A DNA stretch of 64,000 bases, taken from Blastocladiella emersonii ATCC 22665 (taxonomy: Eukaryota; Fungi; Blastocladiomycota). This document shows, in pieces, positions 38,293 through 51,583 of this stretch. The DNA is taken from contig JANHCV010000013.1 of the NCBI GenBank assembly GCA_025594325.1, positions 434,001 through 498,000 of the forward strand, given 5' to 3'. The stretch's first letter is position 1, and each line of letters opens with the position of its first letter. The notes beneath the pieces were generated by a model. It was not told the DNA's origin, did not search any database, and worked only from the letters and a program-made list of their open reading frames with translations. Made by a program: the position numbers and the translations under genes.

Positions 38293-41200
38293 TCACTGGC
38301 TGTTGAGCGAGCTGCTGCTACCCGCCCTGCCGCCGGACGTCTGCATCGACTCGCGCATGCGGGCGAGCCGCTCGCGGAGCTGCGTGACGGTCGCCGTAGT
38401 GTTGGTCCCGCCGGGCGTGGTGCTTCTCGCGATCCCGCTCGCGACGGCCATGGGAGTCGGCGACGGCATGGCCATGGACGTTGCCCTGGCACCACCCGGG
38501 ACACCGTGGCCGCCGTACTGCTGCTGCTGCTGCTGCGTCTGCTGCTGCTCGAGGAGCTTGAGGTTGCGCTTGATGTACCCCATGAAGAACTCGCCGTGGG
38601 ACGCGATGTTGTCGTCGACGAGCGCCTGCATGTGCGGGTACGCGAGCTGGAACTGGTACAGCTCGAAGATGCCCTCCTTGGACTGGTCCTTTTTCCCGAT
38701 CTTGGAGAAAATCGCCATGAGCTTGTCAAAGGCCTCCTTGTCGGCGGCGGCGGTCGCCTCACGCGCCGCGAGCGCCGCCATGACGGTCTCGGTCCCGCTG
38801 CCCGCGGATGCCGCGGCCGCCGCGAACGCCGCGCTCGACGCGTAGCTGCGGTGGGACATGGCGCTGCCCGGCCGCTGCATCGCGGGCGACCCGAGACCGG
38901 CGCCGGCACCGGCGCCGTAGTGCTGCTGCTGGTACTGGTGCTGCTGGTGCGCCTCGGACGCGTCGGCGACGCTGCCCGACCGGCTGCCACCAGTCAAACT
39001 CGCGGCGGACCCGTACTGCGACCCGGGCAGACTGGACGCGGACCCCATGGTACCGCCCGCGGCCGCAGCGCGCTTGCGCGCCTGCGACGCAAGCAGGTTC
39101 TTGGTGTAGGTGAACACGTAAGCGTCGTCCTTGTCGTCGACGAGGTGGAAGTGGTCGAGGATGGCGTCGCCGTACGCGAGCGAGAGTTCCGAGAGCATGG
39201 TCTTGATGGTGCGGATGGGCACGTCGCCGAGCGGGGTCTCGCGGCGGCGCCAGTCGGCGGCCTGGATGTGCTCGAGGAAGAAGTGGATGTCGCGGAGCAG
39301 CTCGGCAACGTTGACCTTGCCGTCCTCCTTGAGGTACGTCGGCAGCATGCGGATCACCTTCCACAGGCACTTCATGGTGAGCTCCGCGTACTTGACCTGC
39401 TCGCCCGTCTGGAGCACGGGCAGCGCGTCGCCGAGCATGCGCAGCAGGACCGCGAAGATCTGGTTGGCCGGCGACTTGTCGAGGATGCGGACCATGAGCA
39501 TGTTGAGCGCCTTGACGAGCTGCACGCCCGACGACCGGTTCGGCAGGTCCGCGTCCAGCAGCCGCGTGAGGAGCTCGGTCATGAGCTGGCCGAGCGTGTC
39601 GAGGGAGACACTGCACGCGAGCAGCGGCGCGTCAAAGAACTGCAGCAGCGTGTGGAGGAGGTGCTTGCACAGGCGCATGACGGGCGCCGTGTCGGCGGCC
39701 GTGAACGCGAGCCGGATCTGCAGCGCGACCGCGTTGACGAGCTGGTCGGCGTGCCCGACGAGCAGCTGCGGGTTGTTCGGGATGATCTTCTCGACCTGCC
39801 GCAGCGCGTCGAGCGCCTGGTGCGCGTCCGCCGCCGTCACCTGCGTCACCAGCAGGTCCATGAGCGTGCCGTGCTGCTGCGGCGCCGGCTCGTACCGCGA
39901 AGAGTAGCTCGACACGTCCACGCGCTCGGGCGTGAGGGCGAAGTGCGTCGCCGCGGGAGCAGCGGGTGGCGCGGCGTATTGGCTCGCGGGCCGCGAGGGC
40001 ACGGCGAACTGCGACTGCGGGGCGGCAGCGGCCGGTGGTGGTGCGGGCGCGGCGACCTGCTGCTGCTGGCGGAGCATGGGCGACTGGAGCTGCTGCTGCT
40101 GCTGCTGGGCCTGCATGAACGGCGACCCGAACTGGCCCTGCTGCTGCTGCTGCTGCGGCTGCTGGAACTGCTGGTTGCCGTACCCGAACCCGCCGCCGCT
40201 GCCGAACTGGGACTGCATCGGCGACTGCATCTGCTGGTGCTGCTGGTGCTGCTGCTGCCCGTACCCGCCGAACTGCATCTGCTGCTGCTGTTGTGGCGGC
40301 GCCTGCTGCTGCTGGTACCCGCCGAACTGGTTCTGCTGCTGCGGTTGGCCGAACTGGTTCTGCTGCTGCTGCGGCTGGCCAAACCCGTTGCCGCCGAACT
40401 GGCCCTGCGGCTGTTGCTGGCCGTAGCCGCCGAACTGCGGCTGCTGTTGCTGCTGCCGCTGCTGCTGGCCGTATCCGCCAAACTGCGGCTGCTGCTCGAC
40501 CTCGGGCGCGCCGCCGTACGCCGCGTACGGGTCCTGCTGGACCATATGGTTACGGACCGACGGTACGGGCGGGCTCATGGGCGCCTGCGCCTGCTGCTGG
40601 TGCTGCGGGGCGAACGCGGCGGGCATCTCCTGCGGCGGCATCGCGGCGGCTACGGGTGCGCCGTACAGCGACTCGCGCGAGCCCGCCGCGCCGGCCGCCC
40701 CAAACCGCGGCGCGCGCGGCGTGTTGCGCAGCGGCGCGGTATCGACGTCCATGACGTCTCTGCCGGGCGTGGGCGGGGTTTCGGGGACGCCGGCGCGCTT
40801 GATTTTCTGCTGGAGCATCGACTTTTCCTTTTCGGGGAGCCGGCCGACGAGCTTGTACATCTGGGTCTCGCCGACGGCGCGGGCGATTTCGACGAGGGTG
40901 TTGAGCGCCGCGGTGCGGACCGTGGCCTCGCGCTCGGCGACAAAGGCGGCGATGGCGGGGACGGTTTTGGCGTTGCAGCAGCCGAACCCGTTCCGGGCGA
41001 TCATGGCGCCGAGCTCCTCGATGCACTCGGCGCGCATGCGGGCGTTCTTGGACTCGGTGGCCTTGACGAGCAGCATGAACAGTTTCGCGGGCGCGTACAG
41101 CTTGTTGAGGTTGACGAGCAGCTGGCGCGTGCGCGCGCGCACCGTCTCCTTGTTGTCGCCGAGTTTCCCCAAAAACGACGGGAAGAAGGCGTTGGCCTCG

Positions 41201-43766
41201 TAGTCGGACAGCGAGTGGCCGTGCTCGTCGAGGAGCGCGGTCAGGTGGTCGACGACGTCGAGACACTTCAGGACGATCGTCGTCGACGTGTCCTGGAACC
41301 GCAGCGTCAGGTACTTGAGGATCACGTCCGCGTGGTGCAGGCAGTCCGTGTCGCGGGCGACCAGGAACCCGTCGATCGCCGTCAGGCCCGCCATGAACTC
41401 GCGCTCCTTGTAGTGGCCCGTCGAGAATAGCAGCGCGACGAGCTGCGGCGTGAAACACGCGGCGGCCTGCTCCCGCAAAAACTCGACGAGGTCGGGACGC
41501 AGACCGTCCAGCACCCACTTGCCCGCGCCGCGGTCGTCGCCCGCGCGCTTGATCTTGGCCTTCGGGTCGCCCGCGAGCGGCGCGAGCTCGTCGCGCGGCG
41601 CCGCGGCCGCGGGCGCAGAGGACACGGGCGGCTGCATCATGGACATGGGCCGCTGCCTCGCCGCGCCGGGACCCGCCGACGCCGCGCTGGACGGGCGCGC
41701 CATGGCGGACGCGGGCCGCGCGGGCGGACCGCCGGCGACGGACCCGGGCCGTTTCGCTCCACCCAGCACCGGCCGGCGCACCGCGGAGACGGGCGGGGAC
41801 TCGACCATCATGGCGTCCTCGTCGTACGCGGGGGCCGCGGAGGCGGGTGGTGGTGCGGGCGGCGGGACGACGCCGCCGTTCTTGGCGGCGTCGCGCTCGG
41901 CCTTGGCGCGGAGCCGTTCGGCCTCGCGGGCCTTCATGCGGGCGGCGAGGTGCGGCGGGAGGCGGGCGGCGGGGGCGTCGGCGGGCGGTGGGGCGTCGCT
42001 CGTGTCCATGTCCACGTCGTCGAAGGCCGGTTGCGGCGGCGGCGGAGCCGCGCGGGCGCCGAGACCGGGCCGCGCCATCCCGGCGGCGGGTGGTGGCCGC
42101 GCCGCGACGGCGGGTTTGGCCTTCTTGACGCCCTTGATCTCGACCTTGTCGACAAACTCGGTGACCTTGGTCTTCTTGACGCCGTCGAGTTTCTCGAGCG
42201 CGGCGGCGAGCGGGCGTTCGCCGACGAGCTTGATGAGGCACGCGAGACCTTCGGCGGCGGCCTCGCGGACGTCGGCCTGGGAGTCGTCCATGAGCTTGAT
42301 GAGGGCGTCGACGATGGCCTTGAGCTCGGCCTTGCCCGGTAGCGCGCGCGTCTCCTTGAGGCAGCGGACGAGGAACCGCACGGCCTCGCCCTTGACGGAC
42401 GGGTTCTTGTGCGCGAACACGGCGAGGGTGTCCTCGACGTTGGCGTCGAGCGAGGTCTACATGCACGCGGGTCAGCGAGTGTCGGGGACCGCGGTCTCGA
42501 AAGAGAAAAAAAACGTACCGCGGCGAAGACAGCGTCGAGCGCGGCACAAATCGGGACCAGGACATTGGCGCGCTTCTCCTTACACTTTTCGAGGAGCGGC
42601 GGGACGACGGCGTGGCGGTACGTGGCGAACCCACCCCTCAACCCCTTGGCGAGGGCGCCGACGCACTGGACGGCGGCAATGACGACGTTGATGTTGGCGT
42701 CCTTGTTGATGGTCTTGACGAACACGGAGACGAGCTCGTGGAACCGGTCGTCCTTGATGCGCGGGGTGTTGAGGACGGCGAGCAGGTCGGTGAGGGCCTC
42801 CTTGCGCTCGGCCCACTTTTTCGAGGCCACGTTCTCGAAGAAGCCGGCGGGCAGGTTGCGCAGCACGTCAACGGGCTCGGCGAGGTCGTACTCGTCCATG
42901 GGCGCGGCGCCGCCCGCGGCATCCGCGTCCTCCATCATGGCGTCGTCGGCGCCGGCGGCCTCGGCGGCCTCCTTGGCGCGGCGCGTGAGGCGGGTGGGCG
43001 TGAGGCGGGCGCCGCCGGTCGCGGCGAAGGCGTCCTCGAGCTCCTTTTTCTGGACGGGCTTGAGGTCCTCCAAAAAGTTGGCGATGACGGGGCCGAGGTA
43101 GCCGTGGAGGGCGACGGTCAGGAGTGTGGTCTCGGCGCGCACGTTCTTGTCGGGGTGCGAGAAGAGCTTGGCGAGGTGCTTGATGAGCGGTTTGGGCGGG
43201 ATGACCTGGATGCCGAAGGCGACGACGAGGTCGCGGAGGAGGGCGACGGCGGCGGCCACGAGTTTGGGCAGCTTGTGCGTGAACGCGGCGACGAGCGGCT
43301 CGGTGACGGGATCCCCGACCTCGGCAATCTCGAGGGCGAACATGAAGGCGGCGGCGGCGCTCTCGCGCGTCTTCTGGCGCGTGCTGTTGATGGACTTCTC
43401 GACGAGCGCCTTGAGGATGCCGGGGATCACGGGGAGCGCGGCGGGCGTCGGGGCAAACTCCATGAAGGTGGCAATGGCGAGCACGGCCGTCTCCTGCGCG
43501 GCCATGTTGGTGTCGACGGCCATCTTGCGCAGGTCCGACGCGTAGCGGGAGTACACGGGCGACGTCTCGGGCGACGTGCGGAACGTCTTGGCCAGCTCCT
43601 CGTAGCCCGACTGGCGCGCCTTCCAGTTCTACTTGGCGGTGGGGAGTGAGTGATCGGGATGGGATGAGCGTCTCGATGAGTGCGGGTCCCGCACCTTGTG
43701 GGCGAGGCGGTCGCCCAGCGGGACCCGGGAAAAGTCGATCTCCTCGGGCGCGCCGGTCTCGTTCAT
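38293..43766 (-). CDS. STU2: XMAP215/ch-TOG/Dis1-family microtubule polymerase (about 1780 aa)
   Basis: DRLAHK|NWKARQSGYEEL, KKWAERKEAL, HKNPSVKGE and EADANAFFP-like TOG HEAT repeats. Introns 43629-43694 and 42457-42518. Confidence 0.95.
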
Positions 43767-44145
43767 GGTCGTAGTTGGTGGTGGTGATGGGGTTGATGCG
43801 CGGGGCGGCGATCAGGTCGGTCGGTGGTGCATGTGCGTCGTCGCGCTCAAATCGCGTGTCGGTGCAGCCAGCAGCGATCGGGCAGGCAGTTGCAAGAGGT
43901 GTGGAATCCGTGAGCTTCGTCGTGCGTCGTGCGTCGTGATGGGGGCGGGACGGGCCGGCGGGAGGAGAGTGGCGCAGAGCAGCGACGCGCCGCGATGGGA
44001 TCGCTGCCTTCCCGAAACCCCCCTCGCGCCGCGTCACGTGCCAAGGTGTGACGCCGGTCGCACTTTTGCCGGGGAGCGCGTCTCTCTCGCTTCGTTTCGG
44101 GTTCGGCGCGTCCTGCCCTCTCCCTGCACCCTCAACGAAACAACC

Positions 44146-45393
44146 ATGGAACAACCCGCACCACCACCAACGACCTGCACCGTGTGCGCCGCCGCGTCCC
44201 CGAAATACAAGTGCCCGCGGTGCCTTCGCCGCACCTGCTCGGTCGCGTGCGTGCGCGCGCACAAGTCGCGCGATTCCTGCAGCGGCGAGCGCAGCAAGAC
44301 CGACTACGTGCCGCTGCAGAGCTACACGGAGACGCACCTGTACAGCGACTACGCGCTGCTCGAGGACGCGGCGCGGACCGCCGACGTGGCCGCGCGCAGC
44401 CGGCACTCTGGCCCGCTCGCGCGGGCCGCGCGCCCGAATACGTTCAAGCTCGCGCCGCGCCACCGCCACCTGCTCGCGGGCGCCGGGAAACGGCGCGTCC
44501 CACTGCGGTTCATGTCGCGCGGCATGTCGCGCGCCGAGGCCAACGCGTCCCGGTTCGACGCGCGGTCGGGCGAGATGTTCTGGTCCGTCGAGCTCGTCCT
44601 GCCCGCGGTGGGTGTATCCGTCGTGCTCGACCCCGTCATCGACACCACGACCGTCGCGGGGTGCCTCGACCCGCTGCTCGCCGCCCACTCGCCCGTGGCG
44701 CTGCGCCACCCGGCCGCGCACCGCGCCGCTTTAGGGTTGCTGGGCGAGGCAGACCGCGCCGAGCTGTACTACTACTGGAAGCGGCCGGTCCCGCAGCGTG
44801 GCGACGACCCGAAACGCGTCTACCTGCCCGTCTCGTTCGAGGCCCCGCTCGCCGACACCCTCATCGGGTGCCCCGTGCTCGAGTTCCCGACCCTCGTCGT
44901 CACCACCGAGCCGCTCGCGCCCAACCTGCTCGTCGTCCCGCGCGCTGACGCGGATCCCGAGGCGGAAATGGACCTGGACGCTGCCGAGGAGGAGCCGCCA
45001 TCTGCGGTTGCCTCGGCGGGCGACGACGGCGAGGAGGGCGAGATCGCTGACCTCGCCGCGAGCGACGACGACGACTCTTCCTCTTCGTCCGTCGGCACGT
45101 CCGCCGCGTCCTCGCCCGCACCTTCGAGCCCACCAACTCGCCCCACCTCCGCCGCCAGCACCGCCGCGCTGCCACCGAAACCCACGTCCGCCGCCCCCAC
45201 CCCCACGGCGGCGCCCGCGCACGCGTCCCTCCCCGCGCGTCCCGCATGGCCCGCCGTCCCTTCCACCTCAGCGCAGCAGCGGCTCCCGTCGACGGCCGAA
45301 GTCGTGTCCATGTGGCAATCCCTCGCGCCCGCGGCCCACGCGCGCGTGCACTCGGCGCTCAACGCCGACTTCAACAAGGACGGTGCGCATTGA
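44146..45393 (+). CDS. BCD1: Box C/D snoRNA biogenesis protein Bcd1/ZNHIT6 (zf-HIT)
   Basis: CTVC…KYKCPRC…CSVACVRAHK…CSGER…YSDYALLE; RGMSR…N.S…FWSVE. Confidence 0.9.
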   Translation: MEQPAPPPTTCTVCAAASPKYKCPRCLRRTCSVACVRAHKSRDSCSGERSKTDYVPLQSYTETHLYSDYALLEDAARTADVAARSRHSGPLARAARPNTFKLAPRHRHLLAGAGKRRVPLRFMSRGMSRAEANASRFDARSGEMFWSVELVLPAVGVSVVLDPVIDTTTVAGCLDPLLAAHSPVALRHPAAHRAALGLLGEADRAELYYYWKRPVPQRGDDPKRVYLPVSFEAPLADTLIGCPVLEFPTLVVTTEPLAPNLLVVPRADADPEAEMDLDAAEEEPPSAVASAGDDGEEGEIADLAASDDDDSSSSSVGTSAASSPAPSSPPTRPTSAASTAALPPKPTSAAPTPTAAPAHASLPARPAWPAVPSTSAQQRLPSTAEVVSMWQSLAPAAHARVHSALNADFNKDGAH

Positions 45394-45436
45394 GGTGGCA
45401 CGAATAAATATACTACTACTGACTTGACTGCGTCAA

Positions 45437-46420
45437 TCAACACCACATCGCGAAACACCCAACCCCCTCCTTCCTCTTCTTCCCGCCCGCGCGCGGCGTG
45501 TACCGGTGCGCCGACCCCGCGGTCCCGCCCCACGGATCGAAGTCGTACGGGTTTTCGTCGGAGAGCGGGGCCGCGGTCCAGAGGATCGAGTAGGTGCGCG
45601 CCTCGCGCTGTTTTCCGGAAGCGGGTGGGTCGGCGGTCAGGTACAGCGCCGCGAGCCGGTCCGTCGCTGGATCCACGGGCGCGGGCGAGGGCACCCGCCA
45701 CGTGGGCAGCGGCGGTGGTGGCGCGGCCGGGTGCCACGGCGGCGGCGGCGCGAACGGCGACGCGGCGCCGCTGCTGGCGGGTCCGCGCCATCTCGGCGGT
45801 GGGGCGGGCCACTCGCGGCCGCCGTCGGCGTCAGCACGCGGCCATCCGTACCCGCCGGACCGCGACCGCGCGAACGCCGGGGGCGGCGGCGGCGGCGGCG
45901 CACCGCCACGACCCGCATCCACTTGCGGCGGAGTCCACCGCCTCGCCCCGGCGCGCGTGTACGACGCGGGCGGTGGCGGCGGCGGCGGCGGCGGGTCCCC
46001 TACGCGCCGCCGTTGCCGCTCGCGATCGCGGTCACGCTCGCGGCGTCGCTCAGACCCGGATGACGCCGAGCCCGCGTCCCCTTCATCATTCACCCTGCGC
46101 TGCTGCTCCCTCCGCCGCGGCGGCGCCGCGGGCCACCCCGCCTCGTCCTCTTCGGGGTAGTACCGCCGCCGCGTGCCGCCCGTCGGCCGGCGCAAGGGGA
46201 CGGGCGCGACCTGCGACTTGCGCGGGTCCGAGGACGCGGGGCGGCGGTGGCGGCGGGGTGGGGGCGGTTGTGGTGGTGGGAGGTCGGTGGATGAGGAGGT
46301 CGAGGATTCGTCCGAGTAGCGTGGTTCGCGCGGCCGATGACGACGGCGGCGCGGAATGGGTTCGTCGTCAACGTCGTCGGGCCGGCGCCGCGCGCGCGAC
46401 GCCGCGGTCGAGCGGTCCAT
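45437..46420 (-). CDS. Pro/Arg-rich hypothetical protein
   Basis: ORF from MDRSTAAS at 46420; low complexity; the 3' structure is uncertain. Confidence 0.45.
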   Translation of the reverse strand: MDRSTAASRARRRPDDVDDEPIPRRRRHRPREPRYSDESSTSSSTDLPPPQPPPPRRHRRPASSDPRKSQVAPVPLRRPTGGTRRRYYPEEDEAGWPAAPPRRREQQRRVNDEGDAGSASSGSERRRERDRDRERQRRRVGDPPPPPPPPPASYTRAGARRWTPPQVDAGRGGAPPPPPPPAFARSRSGGYGWPRADADGGREWPAPPPRWRGPASSGAASPFAPPPPWHPAAPPPPLPTWRVPSPAPVDPATDRLAALYLTADPPASGKQREARTYSILWTAAPLSDENPYDFDPWGGTAGSAHRYTPRAGGKKRKEGVGCFAMWC

Positions 46421-46619
46421 GAGAGAGTGTAGCGTGTGTGGTGAGGAGGAGAGTGGAGGGCAGGGCGTGGGAAGGCGAGGGGAGGTAGGATCGGGGCGCT
46501 GCAGGGGAAAGGGAGGGAGAGTGGAGGTAAGGTCGGCGGCCGCGCACAGCTCCACTTTCTTCTCGGCCCGTTCGCGAACAGCCACGGAGGGAGAGAACAG
46601 CATGTATCAACCCAGAGAA

Positions 46620-47369
46620 TCAGAAGATAATGTCCGCGTCCTCGTCGTCGTGGAGGACGCTCGCGGCGTGCTGCTCGACCTCGGGCTCCGCCTCGAGGCG
46701 GGCAACCCGCACGGCCTCGTCGGCGGCGCGGTCGCGCTTCTTCTTGCCCTGGACCTTCTTGAGGCGGAAGAACTCCTCGCGGTCCATTTCGTCGAGCTCG
46801 GACGTGATGTACTTGATCGTGTTCTCGACGCGCGGGATGATGACAAACTCGATGGCGTTGACGCGGCGGTTCGTGACCTTGATCACCTCGTCGAGGATCA
46901 CGAACGCCGTCTGCAGCGAGGCGAGCTCGACGAGCTGCGCGACCGCCTTGGCGTACACGTCCTTGGCGCGCGCGATCTGCTGCCCGCCGCGCCCGAGCCC
47001 CGTCAGCTCGAAGGCGTTGCCGCCCTCGCTGTACAGCTCGAACGCCGGCAGCATCACCCCCGACACGTTCTCCTGCTTGGTGCGCACGCGCAGCTGCGCC
47101 TGGCGCACCGCCGACTGCACCGCGAACGAGATGTCGCCCGTCGCGTACGTCACCTCGGCCAGGGAGAACGCCGCGCCCTGCATCAGCTTGCCCATCTTGC
47201 GCTTGGCCTCGTCGATCTTGCCCAGGATCGCCCGGAACCGCTTGGTCAGCGCCTCGGACTTGCGCTTCAGCAGCGAGTGGCCCGTCTGCGCCCCCTTGAG
47301 CCGCAGCTTCATGGTCGTCAGCGCCATGCGCGTCGGGAACACGGCCAGCCGCTGGTTGTTGCCCGACAT
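46620..47369 (-). CDS. VMA8: V-type ATPase subunit D
   Basis: [32 protein letters not shown]…[17 protein letters not shown]…[17 protein letters not shown]. Confidence 0.98.
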   Translation of the reverse strand: MSGNNQRLAVFPTRMALTTMKLRLKGAQTGHSLLKRKSEALTKRFRAILGKIDEAKRKMGKLMQGAAFSLAEVTYATGDISFAVQSAVRQAQLRVRTKQENVSGVMLPAFELYSEGGNAFELTGLGRGGQQIARAKDVYAKAVAQLVELASLQTAFVILDEVIKVTNRRVNAIEFVIIPRVENTIKYITSELDEMDREEFFRLKKVQGKKKRDRAADEAVRVARLEAEPEVEQHAASVLHDDEDADIIF

Positions 47370-47537
47370 CTTCGTTGCGGGGAGTTTCGTGGGAGGTGGT
47401 CGATGCGTGGGTGCTCCGTGGCAGTGGTGGCGGACCGGGAAGGCGATGAGCGACGCGTTCCGTTGACGCGCCTCTCTCCCTTCGCCGCCCACCGCCGTCA
47501 GCTGACGCGTATGTGCTCGTAACCACCGCGTTTTGTA

Positions 47538-48732
47538 TTACCAGCCCGTCCACACTGCCGTCCACATCCTCGCCTTGTTCTTCCCAATCGCCCCCAACCA
47601 CTCACAGTCTCCCACCTCGCCATCGCCGCCAGCGGGAGCACCGTACACGACCCGCTTCTGCGTCGCCGACCCGACCCGCGCTGCCGCCACCCACTCGCGC
47701 AGGTCGACGCTCGGTTCCGCCACCGCGTGCACCGTCGCGGCCGCGTGGCACGTCATGGGGTCGTCTACACGTTCGGCGTGAGTCGGGGTGTTTGGTGCGA
47801 GGGCGCGCGGGGAGCATGGACGGACCTTGGTACGCGAGCATCGTACACCCGTACCCGCCCGGGTGCGCCGTGTACATCTCCCGCAAGGGTTCGCCGTGCA
47901 GCGACGAGAGGACTGCGACTTCGGCGCGGAACGAGGGTGCGAAGAAGTTGCGCGAGTTTTGGGGGAGCGCGAGCGCGGCGAGGAGAGAGGCGGGCGAGGA
48001 GATCTCGGTCGTGCCGTCGTGCCACGCGAGCGTGATCGCGCCTACACCGCCAAACGAGTCAGTACATCACGCGACGCTGAGAGCGAAGAACACGCACCTT
48101 GACTGAGCAGGTACACGACCTCCGCCGGTCCGAGGTACAGCGGGAGCCCGCCGTCCGGGAGCATGCCGTCGCCCATCTCGCCAGCGGCGGCCGCGGCGCC
48201 TTTCCCGGCCTTGCCGCGGTCGCGCCGGACCGTCCCGATCAGGGTGCCCGGGACGCGCCATGTGCTGCGGAGGGTCAGGACGGCTGGTGGGGGTTGGTGG
48301 CGGTTCGGAGGACGAGGCGGGAGTGGGTGAGGGAGGGTTGTGTGTGTCCGCCGCCGCGCCGAATCGAGGTTTAGGGGTCAGCCGCGCATCCTCGGCGATG
48401 TGATGCAGCGGGCGCGTGGGCTGATGTCAACGGCAGAGCCGTCCAAACACCGAGGCGCAGTTCCTCGTGTGATGGGGGCACGGTCGGGGGAGAGGGAGTC
48501 GGTGCGGGGGTAAGAAGCAGGATGATGGTGCATGGCGCGATCCGTGCTCATGTATACTCGAAGAGCGGAGACGAAGCCACGCAGACGAAAGGCTGCAAGT
48601 ACCTCGCGGATCCCACACCAGCCCGCCGAGGTCGGCCGCGGCCCGGTACGGCGGAGCGCGGGCGGGCACGACGCGAATCGCCGGTGCCGGGTTCAAGGTT
48701 GCGGGCGGCTGTTCCATCGTAGAAGGCTTCAT
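47538..48732 (-). CDS. SEN34: tRNA-splicing endonuclease subunit, Sen34-like, multi-exon
   Basis: Manual splice: GLVWDPR|AVLTLR…GVPGTLIG…GLPLYLGPAEVVYLL|…PGGYGCTMLAYQ|DDPMTCHA…AARVGSATQKRVV, with putative Y-H-K triad. An apparent frameshift lies near 48262. Confidence 0.7.
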
Positions 48733-49585
48733 TGCATAGACTGTGGTTCAAGCTCAGGGGCACGGGGGGAGGAGTGCAGAGGAGCCTGACGCTCGCGTCG
48801 GAACGGCGGCGACGTCGAACAAGCGCCGCCGCCGCATCACGTGCGGTCACTGAGGATAGCCAACGCGGAGGAGCAAGGCAAGGTTTTCAGCCAAACCGGG
48901 TGGAGTATGCGTCACAAGGAGCATATTACTTGCGGCGTCTCCGTTACAGGTGCGTGCAGAGCTTCGTTTGACGTTGGGATCCCTGGTCGTGCGTGCTCGC
49001 GCGACGAAGCCAAGCGCCGCGAAACGCAGCCCTTTGAGTATGTACGCCAGGCGCGACCTGATCAGCGCATCAGTCCGCAATCGGTGCCGGTTCACGTGTA
49101 GGCGGCCTACATCACGCTTTGGAGTTCGGACTCGCTAGCCCAGGAGACACGGCGACAAACCAAGCGCCGGTCGTGGCCCGGCTCGCAAGTGGTCAAGAAC
49201 AATTTAGAGTAGGCTCGGCTATACGGCTCCGCATCAGCGCCCAGTGGAGAAGGCCGACGCGCCCGACGTACTGTGCGGTGTACAGGGTATGCGGTGGTCG
49301 CACGTTTTTCCTTTCCGCATGAGCGATGCGCGTGTGCGGTGCGGTCCCGTGCACCTGCCCTTTTCTTCTTCTCGGTCCATGCACGTTGCTCAAAGCGTGC
49401 TCGGCGCGGTGTACATGGTCTTCAAGGTGTGAGTTGGCCGTGCACCGCGCCCTCTCTCTCCCGCGCTCGCCTGCGTCCCCTCCCGCCATCGGCGTGCCTC
49501 CCAGCTGAGCCTCGTCGCCTCGCCACCACCGCGCCGGACGTGATCGACGCGTCTCCGAGCCAGCGATACCGTTACCCGAAGCAAG

Positions 49586-51583
49586 ATGGCGCGCCGATCC
49601 CGCTCCAACGCACGGCGCTCGCGCCAGCCGCCCAGCGAGCGGATCTGCCCCTCGCTGCTCTCCCCTCGGGGTACGTGCCATGTCGTGGACACTAAATTTG
49701 TGGATCCGAGCGTCATGGAGATTTGCTTCGATGACCAGGCTTCACTGTTCATGACCGAACGATCCGAAACTCACGCACACATGCAACCGCGCAATCTCTA
49801 GCTCGAGAGACTCTGGAGCAGCTCAAGATCGCGTACCCGGCCTTCGACATTTCCATCTATGCCAACGGCAGCCTGGTGCTCGAGTCGACCGAGGATGGCT
49901 CGCGGCCGATCGTGTGTCCCGCGTGCGACATGGACTTGTACGTCTCGCTCTCAGATCCGGAAGCCATCATCCTGTGGCTTACCCTCCAACTCGCCCGCAA
50001 CCGCCACGTAGCAAGCGCTCGAACGACCTCGCGCGCCACTTCCACACGTCGCACGCCAGCGGGACGCTGCCCTTCGGCTGCGTCGCGGGCTGCACGCGGC
50101 GCACCAACCGCCGCGACCACTTTCTCGAGCACCTGCGCCGCAACCCGGCCTCGTGCGCGCTGACGATCCTCTTGGAGCTTGCGCGCGATACGACGGCCGA
50201 GGGCCAGCCCGACCGCGACGAGGATCTCATGTCGACCATGCTTGCCTTGTTCCCCGTGTCGCAGCCCGAGGAGTTGTCTGGCGATGGTGCTCGTCCTTTC
50301 ACAGTCGCGACCGCACCTACTACGGCAGCAACGCTTTCCCCGGCAGAGTATCTACCCCGCCTTGTCCACGAGCTCGGCGCCAAGGAGCTCAACTCGGCGC
50401 TCGAGGACCTCACCGAGGACGAGGTGCCTGACGGACTGCCGTTCCCGCTTACCGTCGGTACGTTTGATCACTTGCTCCGTGGGTCGTGAAAATCGACCCA
50501 TTCGACTCGCTTTGCCAAGGCCTTTGACTGACCAACGTTTGCTCGCGTCGTGTATGGCTTTCAGCCGCCTTTGGCGTGGCGCTTCCCGAGCGCGTTGCGA
50601 CGAGGACGAGCGCGGGGCGGGCGTCGACGACTGGTCGCGAGGACGAGTCGGGCTCGGCGGCCGTGGAAGAGGCCCCGCTTGAGTGCCCGGAATCCTCGCC
50701 CGATGCTTCGCTGACAAGGGTGGCTTCCGTGGCCGCAGCGGCGGTGCAGCAGGTTTTTGACGACGGCTCAGCCTCCAGCAGTGGCGGCGATGCGGTCGGC
50801 GCGGCCTCGGCTTCATCGAGTACTGCAGGTTCTGGTCCGCGGGATGCCGCGTCGACTCCGCCGCCACCGCCACCGGCTTTCGCTTCCACGCTCAACGGCT
50901 TACCCATGGACATGCCTTTCCTCTTGTTTGATCCGAGCACGAGCAGCGCTGGTGCGGCTGCTACTGCTGTTAAAGGCGCGGGCGCGCACGGTGGCGACAA
51001 CACACTGCTTGGGCTCGCGCAATTCCTCCTCGGCGGCGAAAATGCCTGGCAGGCCTTGTCGTCGTTTGGCATCGACAAACCTGGCGATGCGGATCTGCCC
51101 AGCGGTGATCGTCTGTCCTCGGCTTCGCACTTGGACACAGCGGATTCCAGCGACCCCGTGGCCAGCGCCGCAGCCGCGGCCGCCGCGGCCGCGTTCAAGC
51201 CAGGCTTCGCCGACTTGGGTACTGGCAGCGACGCGTTTCTCTCTGGACACGGGCCCATGCTTGGGTCGTCGCCCGCGTCACCAAGCTTCGCGTTTGCAAG
51301 CTCGCCGACGACTATGTCCATGGACACTGGCGCACCGTTTGGCGCTGCGCCATTTGTGCCACGGGGCCGGCTGCAGCTGTTGCTGGTCGACGAGTGCGAT
51401 GCGGAGCGGCTCTTGGATTGCGCGCGGGCGGCGGGGATCTCCATCTCTCTGTCGCAGTCAACCACGTTTGCGCCGTTCATGCCCGTCCCGTCGCCAACGC
51501 CATCAAACGCGACGCAGCTCCTCGGGCCCGCTAGGGGTGTGGATGGTCGCGGCGGGCCGAGCGCGCGGTGGACGCCGTACTAG
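49586..51583 (+). CDS. C2H2 zinc-finger transcription factor, multi-exon
   Basis: CPACD…|KRSNDLARHF..H and C..GC…RRDHFLEH after removing GTACGT…TAG introns; Ser/Ala-rich C-terminal exon 50576..51583. Exon boundaries approximate. Confidence 0.6.
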
